Of a stretch of 64,000 nucleotides of DNA, positions 39,809 through 49,928 are shown in pieces. The DNA is from a virus. Below the pieces are notes generated by a model that saw only the letters and a program-made list of their open reading frames with translations, was not told the DNA's origin and did not search any database. Positions within the stretch are counted from its first letter, which is position 1; each line of letters starts with the position of its first letter. The DNA lies in the IMG/VR virus record IMGVR_UViG_3300045049_000079, positions 1-64,000 of that record. The stretch is one strand, 5' to 3'. The position numbers were made by a program, and so were the translations under genes.

Positions 39809-42800
39809 ATGTACAACCAAGCATTCAACACAGAAATCGAAGCTAACGAATTTGTTGCTTTCCTGCAAAAGCTTGGTAAGCATCCCCGTGTCATCAAAAC
39901 TGTGACGAAGGTTATTGTAACGTTTGAAACTCCAATCATTTAACAGGAGATTGCCATGCTACTCACTCAAATTCTTCTAATCGCCCTCTTCCTTTCCTTT
40001 GTAGCCCTCCTCTCATTCTGTGCTGTAGCTGTGCTGAAAGAGGCTTTCAAGGCTGAGAAAGCACATGAGAATAGCATTCTGTGGGAGGGGCAAAGCTGGG
40101 AGGCTAGGAAGCGTCGTTTTCAAGAGATGGGGATTTAACATGATTCATAAATTTATCTTGATTCTAATTATAGGAAACACTAGCCACACTGCCGCAGTGA
40201 CAACCCTAGGAGAATACGAAAGTGTCGAATTGTGTCAAAGTGCTGCTAGTGCTGTAAAGAAATATCTTGATGAGAAAGTTTTTTGGGAATACAAATTCAT
40301 CTGTGCTGCTAAGAATTAAGGAAATTGAATGACTCTCGACACCGTTCTCCTCGTGCTAGGCATTATTGCTGCTGTGGGCATTGTTGGCTGGCTTGTGTAT
40401 CTCATATTCTTTAAGGACTATAAATGAAAACTTACAAAGTAACTTACGATACAATAGAAGCCTACGATCCAGAATATAGCTGTTGGAAACGTACAGTTGT
40501 TAGTGCAGAATCTTATGACGATGGAATTAGCAATTTTATTGCACAGTATCCCGGCAATAAGATTTTCTCTATCGATGAAGTAGATGAGAATGGCAAGTAC
40601 ATTTAAGGATAAATAATCATGGCTAAGAATGATAGTGTACAACTCTTGCAAGACAAAATAGCTTTGTTGAAGGAGGCTAGGAGGCTGATCGAGAATCGAC
40701 AAGAACTTTACATTTGTTATGCTATTTATCGTTCCACCTCATTAGTGGAAAACACTTACAACAGGTATGTTGCGGCGGATAAGCTATGCTCCTTTATCCA
40801 GGATGCGTTAGAGGAATGTTATTATTTCGGCGAATGGTTTTCAGCTAATAGAAAGGGCTGGAAAGACGACATGGACAGCTTGCGGCAATACAGGCTGCAA
40901 TGGATCACATGGATGATCGCATGTCTGCAAGAAGACTTGGAAGCTTTAGCTTCCTCCCTTGCATCCAAGCGCCCCTAACTCAAGCAGAGCTTTCGTTAGT
41001 TGTTGCAATGTCTTGAGGAGGATTTGGCTTGGAAGAATAAGAAACACAAGAAAGCGTAAGAAAGGGCTTGCAATGTGTTGTGGGAGTGCTATACTGATGA
41101 TACTCACTAAAGTTCGTAAGTTAGGTTCATGGGCAGCACGAATAGCATTCTTGAGGAGAACATCATGATTGACTTGACACAATTTGTAGGTAAAACTGTT
41201 GCAGCAATTAAACTCTCTAGGTCCGGGGCAAGCCTACTTATCGTGTTCACCGATGGGAGTGAAATCGAGGTGAATGCACAGGAAAACAAAGGTCAATATC
41301 CGACACTGCACATTTATTAATAAGAAAGCGTAAGAAATCTGTTGACATGGTGTTTTTTTGTGCCTACAATGGAATCATCGCATCTAAGGATGCAATTCGA
41401 TAGGAGAACAACATGAAAGCATCAAAGATTAAAAATCTTACACGTGTCCGCATTAAAGGAAAGTTGTACGAATGGAATGATGTGTTTGGTGCATACTGGT
41501 CTGTAGAAGGGAAGCCTGGAGAGTTACAAGAAGAAGATTTAAAAGATGTTGACAAGGACAACTTAGATAGTGCAACTTGGAACGAAAACGATCACTGAGC
41601 CTAACATGAACAAGCTTCTTCCTCTCTGCATCCTGTCACTATTCGTGCTATACGGCTGTGTAGAGTCTTCCAAGTCGTACGCCAGGAATCATCCTCAAGA
41701 TGGGCTTATGTTGAAGATGTCTTATTGCATGGACATGCAGCGATATGAAGGGAAAGGCTTCGAGGATGTGGGCTGTAAAGTGGGACATGGGAATGGTAAG
41801 ATTGGTGTTAAGAAAGACATAATCAAGAAGCTTGTACAGCGCATCAACATCTATCGAGACAGCTACGAATACACACAGCTTGTCGGCAAGGATGGGCTTG
41901 TAGTGTGGTTTAAGGATGATAGTGTTGGTAGTAGGGAGAAATCTACAGTGTGGCAGGATGGAAAAGGGAAGCTTTACATTGTGTTTGAGAGGGAGGACTA
42001 AAAATGATTTTCGTTATTAACTTTGTTGTGCTGGCTTTCTTGTCGCTTCTGTGGAAAAAGAGCACATGGTTTAATTTCAGCATTAAAGCACTCCTGTTCG
42101 CATTGTCTTGTGCAAATGCTTTCTATGCGCTACAATCGTTTGGGTATGTTGTGAGGGTGTGAGGAGGGATTATGACAACCAAAGTGTTTATGATCGAAAG
42201 TGAGCGTGGATGGGGCTCTAAAATTGATGAAGTGAAAGAGTTTCCTACGTATGATGAAGCTTTAAAGTTCTGCGACGATTACAACAAGAAATGGAATAGC
42301 TGGCCTATGGTGCCTGATTGGTACATTGTTGCTAGAATGGAGGATGAATTCAAATGACAGCACATGAATTAGCTAAGAAGCTGCTAGAGATGCAGGATGT
42401 TGAGGTTGTGCTTGACATCGATTATAAATCATACACTGCTACAGGTGTTTATGAATACACGAACGTTTATGATGATACAGAAATAAGGATTTATTCTGAT
42501 GAACAACATTAAATCATACGAGGCAATTGCACGGGAAGCTGGGTTTAGACTGCGACACGCTACTAGCGGCTATTATTGGGTATTCCGTTGCCGTGCATCT
42601 GCAAGCTTCTACAACACACAAGAGGAAGCCTGGAAAGCTTGTTGTGAGGAGAATAGTCTATTATGACAAACGAGAAACCACAAGACACGCTTACGGTTGT
42701 GTTCATGACTGTTATTCTGCTGATCGGCTTGTGGCTGGCAGGGATGATTGCTTACGTGTTCTGGCAAGGTGTTTCTACAGCAGCTAGAGTGAAAGAGGCA

Positions 42801-43569
42801 CAGAAACAGGCGCTAGAGCACACAATCGAGATGAATCATTGCAAGACTACTGGCTATGTGTATAAGAGTGATGCAAGAGTGTTTCTCTGCGATGATGGGG
42901 AGACGTATCGAGAGGATAGGGTGCAGTACACGTTGGAGCGTATCAAATAAGTCTGTTACAAATTAGCTTGATAATGTGCTTGACGTGCTTAGGGTTCCTG
43001 TAGCGAACCCATGTCTGATAGGCTAATCTGGCGCTGCCCGATAGCTTTGCTGTAGCAGAAAAGAGACAGCGAAAGAATATTGGGAATTTGTGCTTAAGGG
43101 GCTTGTGTTTGGGTGTAGAGCGACTATAATAAACACATCGAGACAACAACCCCACCTAGGAGCAACTGCCATGAACATGACCCAAGCCACCAAGTACGCA
43201 TCTGATGCAGGACTGGAATGCGTGTACAAAAGCATCGGCAAAGTATGGAATGCATACAACAACAAGACTGGTGAGAAGGTTGTCTTTGATGCAAAGATGA
43301 TTCGCAATCAAAGCGACTACTTTAAAGCGCTTGTTGACAAGTGCGCTAATCCCACTCACTTGAAAGCATACAATGTCAAAGAGGGTGACACTGGCCAGAG
43401 CTACGGCACCATTTGGGCAACTGATGAGCAACAAGCCAAGGATAAAGTAGCACAACAGTACGGCTTTGATACGGAAGCTGATTGGTCGTCCTCTATGTAC
43501 CACACTTCGCATGTTGTGGGTATTGGTGGACAGGACAAGTCACACTTGGTTGTGGTTGAAGTAAAGTAA
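39809..43569 (+). other. cluster of small early hypothetical genes, several membrane or lipoprotein-like
   Basis: Packed ORFs; promoters at 41068, 41342 (TTGACA-17-TACAAT) and about 43103; lipobox-like LYGC in the ~41606-42001 ORF. Confidence 0.7.
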
Positions 43570-43595
43570 TCAGACAACTAAATAGCAACACAAAT

Positions 43596-43623
43596 AGGCG
43601 TCCTACGGGGCGCTTTTGCTTTT
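43596..43623 (+). terminator. intrinsic terminator ending the early region
   Basis: AGGCGTCC-TACG-GGGCGCTT followed by a T-rich tail. Confidence 0.8.
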
Positions 43624-43624
43624 G

Positions 43625-44440
43625 TGCGAGTGCTTTTCTATGTGTCTGTATGGCGTGCTGCGTAGTGTAATTGGGGACAGAGTGCTATGTAGGTCTATTA
43701 TTTAGACCGTGTTCAGTTTGACAAAAATTAGTTGTCGAATGAGAAACTGAAAACCTTGGTCATCAATGAGCCCTATCGAGCATCGATCAACACTCGCCAA
43801 ACGTGTATTCTGTACAGTGCATACACACAGATCGACGTGCAAGCGTGACGAGACAGCGCCTATCAACAGCATGGCAGCAGCTAACGAGGAGCTAGGGCTG
43901 TGAGAGGGCGATCCGTGTGAGTAGGAGCGGATAGAGGGCCACAGAGGGGCGCTATGGGGTGAGGAGAGGGGATGGGCAGCGGTTGCTACTGGTGACGGGC
44001 AGCTATCGTGCGACGGGATGCACAGGTGGAGGGTAGGCTATTGGCCCGAGTGTGAACAGGTATGTGAAGCTGTACAGTAGTTTGTGTAAAAGGCGTCTCG
44101 GTATTCGTGATTTACACAGACTCAGGAAGGCCCCTAGATGGGCCATAGAGGCGTCATGCACGAGAGTGGCTGTCTCCCACGCAGATATTTTGGAATCCCT
44201 ACTACGGCCCTTTTCCGGGCTGGGCGGCCCCATTAAGCCATGAAACCGCCTCAGCGATACTTTGGACCTGACCTTCCCATCTGTCCCAAATAACCACACT
44301 TGTCAGAAAATTTTATATCCGAAAAATGCAAAAAGGAGGCGTACCCGAAAGTACCCTCCTAGCAAATATGCAGCAACCTGCGTCAAATTGTAATATTTCT
44401 TTCTATACAGACACTTGCACGAGATATTTCAAGCAAAATC
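43625..44440. other. long non-coding block, right boundary of the early region
   Basis: No credible ORF; G/A-rich tract at 43880-44060. Confidence 0.6.
44330..44360 (-). terminator. intrinsic terminator after the recombinase
   Basis: Minus strand GGAGGGTAC-TTTCGG-GTACGCCTCC-TTTTT. Confidence 0.7.
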
Positions 44441-44443
44441 TCA

Positions 44444-45130
44444 TCAAGAAATATTGAGCCTTTCCATCAAATTACACACAGTTTTTGCATACCATGTTTT
44501 GCCCCGGTGCGTCTTCGTCCCATATTTGTTCAAGTCGGCAGCGATGGCATTCACAGACATGCCAGATTTCCGCATACGTTCAATATTTGGACGCATGAAC
44601 TCTGCGAAGGCATCTGCTTCCATCTGCACTGCCTGTTTACTTTTTTGCACAGCTTTAGGAATAGCTCTACGTACGCTTGGGATATTTGTACCCAAAGGCT
44701 CCCCACGAGCTTTCTTTGCAGCGAGTGCAGCTTTCACACGTTCTGCGATCTTTCTACGTTCTTCTTGTGCGATCATCGAACGAAGAGAGATTTCCAAAGG
44801 GGAGCAGTTGATTCCGGTTTCCACGGACATAAATTTGCGACCTTTATCCAGCAATCCATGAATGAACGATTCCCGGCGAGAGAGTCGGTCTAGTTTTGAC
44901 GTGAGGATATAGCAATTTTTAATACGTTCTGCTTTCTCAAATGCAGCCTTGAGCACAGGACGACGATCAAGGTCGTATTTACCGCTGACGTATTCTTCGC
45001 ACACTTCCACGATTTCCAAGTTATGAAGCTTGCAAAATTGCTGCATATCTTCAAGTTGTGCTTCCAAACCAAGACCAGATCGTTTCTGATCTTCAGTGGA
45101 TACACGGGCGTAGAGGATTACTTTTTTCAT
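44444..45130 (-). CDS. serine recombinase (resolvase/invertase family)
   Basis: YARVSTEDQ...GLEAQ...SG...RPVL..A...KLDRLSR; C-terminal HTH (SVNAIAADLN...GKTW). Confidence 0.93.
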   Translation of the reverse strand: MKKVILYARVSTEDQKRSGLGLEAQLEDMQQFCKLHNLEIVEVCEEYVSGKYDLDRRPVLKAAFEKAERIKNCYILTSKLDRLSRRESFIHGLLDKGRKFMSVETGINCSPLEISLRSMIAQEERRKIAERVKAALAAKKARGEPLGTNIPSVRRAIPKAVQKSKQAVQMEADAFAEFMRPNIERMRKSGMSVNAIAADLNKYGTKTHRGKTWYAKTVCNLMERLNIS

Positions 45131-45260
45131 GTTGTTCTCCTTGTTTGAGTTGATAGAAGTATTCTACACCAGAACTTTGACGTACACAACAGTGTTTTAC
45201 ACAAATACCACAAAAACAAAAAAGCCCGCCAACCTTCGTCAGCGAGCCTGCGAGCGACAA

Positions 45261-45476
45261 TCAATCCCTGTCTAGTGCATCTTTAGCATCTTTCCACCCA
45301 TCATCATAGCCATTTTCATAAGAGTCTTCAGCATCCTCTAGTTCATAAATCCGTTCCTGAAGGTGCGCTACAATCTCAAGGTAATCCTCATAACGAACAT
45401 ACCTGCCATAAGAAAGAGGAAGTTCGCCATGCTCGTTAATGTCGTAACGTGTAATGTCTGTCATCAATCCCTCCAA
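45261..45476 (-). CDS. small protein (RY...G.YVRYED motif)
   Basis: Paralogous to the adjacent ORF. Confidence 0.65.
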   Translation of the reverse strand: MEGLMTDITRYDINEHGELPLSYGRYVRYEDYLEIVAHLQERIYELEDAEDSYENGYDDGWKDAKDALDRD

Positions 45477-45790
45477 GAAGTTGAAATATCATATCCACCA
45501 GAACAATCACAAGACTTATTCTCAGCTTTCTTAACCTTCTCCTCAAGAACACCAGCAATGCGAATGAAGTCTTCGTATCGCACCATTTCTCCTGTTTCAG
45601 ACTCTTGCATACTGTCTGATGCATCATAGCGCTTCACATATTTTGGATCATTCTTACGTGCCTCTGCTTCTCGTTCTAGTGCAATCTCTTTACGAAGACG
45701 AAGCCACTCATGAAAATCCATATTTTCCAGAGTCATGACACCAACCTTCATCAAACTCTTCTTTGTTTCGTCGTTCATCAAATCTCCCAC
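45464..45790 (-). CDS. small protein (RY...G.MVRYED motif)
   Basis: Paralogous to the adjacent ORF. Confidence 0.65.
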   Translation of the reverse strand: MGDLMNDETKKSLMKVGVMTLENMDFHEWLRLRKEIALEREAEARKNDPKYVKRYDASDSMQESETGEMVRYEDFIRIAGVLEEKVKKAENKSCDCSGGYDISTSWRD

Positions 45791-46329
45791 CTAAGTTTTT
45801 CAGCCCAATATTCCACTTGATCCCTCACATCCTGCTCTGTCTGCACAATGTCAATCCCATCTTCAAAACGCTGTTTGAAGCCTTTAGGGAGAAGCATTGT
45901 CGTAGGAATGCCAAGAACATACCCTGCAACTCCTCCTGCTAGGTCGATTCCCGTTTGTCCACCTGAGATGATTTCCTTAACAGGGTAGTATTCGCTAACT
46001 TGTGCAAGAATCCTGTAAACATATTTGTTAACCACTTCCTGACACCATGCCCGCTTATGCAGTGTGTAGATTCCATTACCTGCAACATTGATAATCGCAG
46101 GGTTATTGTTTCCATTGCGAGCAAGACGTTTGAACAAAAGTCTAGCATTCTCAATGGAAGGTAACTCAGGATCAAGCTTAAGATATTTATCCCCAGCAGC
46201 CTTGTGCGTCAACTTCTCCCCTGCTGTGTTGTAATCTACAGCAATCGCAATCGTGACATCTCCCTTTGCTGCATTAGCGTACGTGCGAGGGCCGTAGCTG
46301 CTGGATGTGTGTTCAAGGATTGTTAGCAT
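45778..46329 (-). CDS. SLOG-superfamily (YpsA/MoCo-carrier-like) protein with permuted motif order
   Basis: YGPRTYANA, INVAGNG, then IISGGQTGIDLAG...PKGF. Confidence 0.75.
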   Translation of the reverse strand: MLTILEHTSSSYGPRTYANAAKGDVTIAIAVDYNTAGEKLTHKAAGDKYLKLDPELPSIENARLLFKRLARNGNNNPAIINVAGNGIYTLHKRAWCQEVVNKYVYRILAQVSEYYPVKEIISGGQTGIDLAGGVAGYVLGIPTTMLLPKGFKQRFEDGIDIVQTEQDVRDQVEYWAEKLRWEI

Positions 46330-46704
46330 GCGTACCTCAACAATAAATTTCAATCAACATAACACCAATCATATACCCCATGATAAGACCCATTGTGTAG
46401 ATGTTCATACGTGCGCCATATCAGGAAGCAAACCAATTGCTACAGCGAGTGTAATAGCAACAACGATAACACAATAAAAGAAATCACACAGTTTCATCTC
46501 AGTCTCCGTAATTCGTAAGGTCTTCAGCGAAAGCTTCTTCTGGAGTGTACCCGACATCGTAGTACATCCTCCAGTGCTCACGATCCATCTTGAACAAATC
46601 CATAAGGTCTACAAACTTCTCAGAAACCATGTGCAGGAAAAGTCTCATGAACCAGTCGTCAAATCCTGTTAGACCCACAAGTGGAAAGTCATCATCTTCG
46701 ATGT

Positions 46705-47226
46705 TCATTTCGTAAGCTCCTTAAAACGCCGCATAAAGTAAATATAGGACATATGGCTATCCCATGCAATGATTCTGTTGGGGTATGGCTGATAACCTTC
46801 ATAGCACACTTCTTTCACACACGGCTGCATGTCCCTGCGCTCTGCAAGAAACACACGGATGTCAGCCTCCTTGATACTTGGGTGGAAGGGAAACTTCATA
46901 CCAAATCGCTTGCACATATCTGCTTCTGCACGATGCTCTAGCTCGATGTAGCCTGGGAGCATGCGCTTCAGAGGGCTTGGTACATCTGCCATGAAAGCTT
47001 CTACACCATCATGCAGGAGTCCTTCTAGTGCATGTTCAGGAGGCACAAGCTTGCTTACAAGAACGCAATGTTGAGCTACGGTGTAAACACGATCTGTCTG
47101 CCCTGAGAAGCGTGCTGTATGGGACAAGCCGCGAGCGATGTCTTCAATCCCGTATTGGCTTCTCTCAGGATTCTGATAGTCGAAGAAGCCGCCTTTGAGA
47201 AGGCTGATGGATGTGGAGTTCATCAA
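46705..47226 (-). CDS. HD-domain 5'-deoxynucleotidase (YfdR-like)
   Basis: IEDIA..LS...RF.G...YTVAQH...LLHD..EA...D...PLK...IKEAD. Confidence 0.88.
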   Translation of the reverse strand: MMNSTSISLLKGGFFDYQNPERSQYGIEDIARGLSHTARFSGQTDRVYTVAQHCVLVSKLVPPEHALEGLLHDGVEAFMADVPSPLKRMLPGYIELEHRAEADMCKRFGMKFPFHPSIKEADIRVFLAERRDMQPCVKEVCYEGYQPYPNRIIAWDSHMSYIYFMRRFKELTK

Positions 47227-47516
47227 ATACTTTCAATGTAAGTTTTTTCAACTTTAACGGTAAGTTTGCTTGTGTTCCATTCCATATGATAGTTGACGTT
47301 GTACCCCCTATCTAGAAGTTTAGCACAAATTTTGTCTGTTTTCTTCAGTACACTGCGAAGTTCTTCAGCCAATTTTGCATCTGACTTCGTGTCACCTAAC
47401 TTGAACATCATTCCCTCCTAAATTTGTTTTGACAGCTTCATCATAGCTCAACATCCATAACAATGCAAGCCCTTTGTACAAATAAAAATGCCCCGCACAG
47501 AGGCGAGGCGAAAATA

Positions 47517-48188
47517 CTACACTGTGATTGTGCCACAAACATCTACATCGCCATCAATGACGGCTTGCAGCTTCTTGTTACGAGGCTTGCGAGGTTTCTT
47601 AGCAGGCTTCATCTGCTCTGCAATAGCTTCACGGATAGCATCATCACGCTTGTTAAAACGCTCCATAGCCTCTTCTGCCGTCAGATAAAACTCCTTGCCA
47701 TCCAGCACACGAGCAATTTCATTCGGCGTCAGGAAGCCTGCATACACTTCGTTGACAAGGCGATGGATAGCTTTTGTACTGTGCGACACGTTAGCATCCA
47801 TGTTGCCAGAGTGTCCATAGAAACCATAACTAGCGGTATGAATCATGATTGTAGTGTAGGGATTGATGTAGATTTCATGCGCAAGCATCATAAGAATTGT
47901 ACCAGCGCTGGCTGTATCGCTCTCTACATGCATCGCAATATGTGCATCAGTGTTGCGCATAGCTTCGATGAGAGGGATGATTGCGTGCAGCGCACCACCG
48001 TTTGTGGACAGCTTGATGTGCGCAATGTCACCCTCGTTAGCATTGTTGAGATAGTCAACAAGCTGTGCAAATTGACGGACATCGGTGAAGTCATCATCGA
48101 TAGTGCATTGGTAGATTTGGTTGAGGGGTACAGCTTTCACTTCAAATGGCTCAACTTCTCGTTTGAAGAGTTTCATCAGGTCTGACAT
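47517..48188 (-). CDS. ClpP-like serine protease
   Basis: LSTNGG, TASAGT (Ser), IMIH (His), EFYLTAEEA. Confidence 0.85.
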   Translation of the reverse strand: MSDLMKLFKREVEPFEVKAVPLNQIYQCTIDDDFTDVRQFAQLVDYLNNANEGDIAHIKLSTNGGALHAIIPLIEAMRNTDAHIAMHVESDTASAGTILMMLAHEIYINPYTTIMIHTASYGFYGHSGNMDANVSHSTKAIHRLVNEVYAGFLTPNEIARVLDGKEFYLTAEEAMERFNKRDDAIREAIAEQMKPAKKPRKPRNKKLQAVIDGDVDVCGTITV

Positions 48189-48197
48189 GGTTCCTCC

Positions 48198-48980
48198 TTA
48201 ATTGTAATAGTACATTTTTACGAATGCGCGGCACAGGCCAGAACGAACAACATCTTCTGGAGAGAACTCCACAACGCCCACATTTTGTGCGATGCAGCGC
48301 ATGTCTTCATCGTCAAGATAGTCTGGTTGGTGCTCTGCCATCTTATCGATGAGGGCTACAGTGTCCATCAGCCCGCTCTTACCCTTCAGGTCATTCTGTT
48401 TGTGGTCGCCTGTAAGAACAAGCTGACAACCCTCTCCAATACGAGTAAGAATAGCTTCAAGTTCTTCCTTCGTAAGATTCTGACTCTCTTCAACAATCAC
48501 AAGAGCGTTTTCAATGCTCATGCCACGGATGTGCTCAACGCTCAACATCTCCACTTTCTTGCTCGTCAGGCAGTAGCCAAGAAAACCTTTCCCCATAAAC
48601 TTGCCAAGATGCTCAAGAGTTTGTTTGAAGAATGGGAGCAGCTTTTCTTCCAGTGTACCGGGGAGTGCACCGTTGCTCTTGCCTGTAGAAACGTTAGCAC
48701 GTACTAGAAAAATCTTATCAATCTTCTTTGTGCGGAGGAGTTCAGAGCCGTGGTAGGCAGCGAGGAACGATTTACCTGTGCCAGCAGAGCCAATAGCGAA
48801 CACCACTTGACGACCTTCTTGCAAGAATTGTAGAAGTGTTTTCTGCCGAGGATTAGCAGGTTTGATGGTAAGCTGCTTCTGTTGCACAGGAACGACAGTT
48901 TCTCCTGCTACAACTTCCACAACAGGTTTTTCGCCCGTTTTCTGCTTTCGCGTAAGCCTTTTAGCATTGTTGGACATCAA
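48198..48980 (-). CDS. phoH: PhoH-family ATPase
   Basis: GSAGTGKS, GALPGTLEEK, HIRG.S, EESQN, LTRIG, GDHKQND, DVVRS. Confidence 0.95.
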   Translation of the reverse strand: MMSNNAKRLTRKQKTGEKPVVEVVAGETVVPVQQKQLTIKPANPRQKTLLQFLQEGRQVVFAIGSAGTGKSFLAAYHGSELLRTKKIDKIFLVRANVSTGKSNGALPGTLEEKLLPFFKQTLEHLGKFMGKGFLGYCLTSKKVEMLSVEHIRGMSIENALVIVEESQNLTKEELEAILTRIGEGCQLVLTGDHKQNDLKGKSGLMDTVALIDKMAEHQPDYLDDEDMRCIAQNVGVVEFSPEDVVRSGLCRAFVKMYYYN

Positions 48981-49063
48981 TTATCCTCTTGTAAAAATGT
49001 TAATGGGAATGCCCAACAGTGAAGCTAGACATTCCCATAATTTACACTATACAACCCTATCTG

Positions 49064-49623
49064 TCAAATAGGCCAAGTAAGATCGGCAGAGTTCTTTACA
49101 CGCTTCCCCCAGTCGTCTGCAACAATTAGGTCGATTGAACTATTGTTTTGGTGGAAGCACATAAATTTATTGATATGAAAAATTTCATATTCTCCGTTGT
49201 CTTGAATTTCCATGACAACAGCACCCTGCACAAGCTTCTTAATATTCACATCCTTGTTAGCAAACTTGACGAGTGTCTTCATTCTTTAGCCTCCGCACCC
49301 TTCTTTTTCTCAAGATTATCCATCCGCACCTTGCGAGCATTGTTCATAATCTCGACACGTTTCTCTTTAGTCATCACACCTTTGCCATCTACAGCAGCTT
49401 GAATCTTTTCTGCCGCTTCGCGGATCGTCTCAGCGTTCTTGATAAAGTTAACTTCAAAAAGCCCGTTGTAGTGTTGGAAAGGGTATGCACCTTCCTGTAC
49501 GACTTTCCAACCGTTCAAGGTGTGTTTAGCGATCTCAAATACTACCTCCATAAAGGTAGTACATACAATTTGCTTATACTCGGTAGTACCTTCTTGCGTG
49601 TTGATTTCCGTCATGTCAGTCAT
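49064..49623 (-). other. two hypothetical genes (49064-49282, 49279-49623)
   Basis: Coupled ORFs with RBSs. Confidence 0.6.
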
Positions 49624-49928
49624 ACTCTTTCTCCTTTTTCATCTTACGTTGTTTACGTTTAGTTTCAGCTTTACGAGATACGTGCTCATCTTCTAGATAG
49701 ATGTCTCCGAAGCGGGAGTCTTCAAAGTCGATAAGATTTTGTTCGTGTTGCTCGTATTCTTCGATCATTTGTTCAATATCAGTCATTTGTTAACGAGAGC
49801 GAGGACGGTAAGATTTTGCTTAAGATGATCTTTGACAAACTGGATAGCTCCTAAATAGTTGTCGTCGAAGTAACTTACGTCTACAGCAGCAAGCTTCTTA
49901 CCATCACGGTAATAGCAGCGGATGGGCT

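Noticed and set aside
44003-44299. ORFs 44003-44299 and 44052-44243
   Set aside because: No RBS, no motif, and they lie between two convergent terminators; treated as non-coding.
27590-44440. CRISPR or mini-array in the non-coding blocks
   Set aside because: No regularly spaced repeats with unique spacers seen by eye.
44444-45130. Integrase indicating a temperate lifestyle, or an IS607 element
   Set aside because: Too short for a large serine integrase; catalytic domain is N-terminal (IS607 TnpA has an N-terminal HTH); no TnpB or repressor.
46705-47226. DatZ of a Z-genome (2-aminoadenine) pathway
   Set aside because: Motifs fit YfdR-like HD proteins and no PurZ is present in this window; the rest of the genome is not visible.
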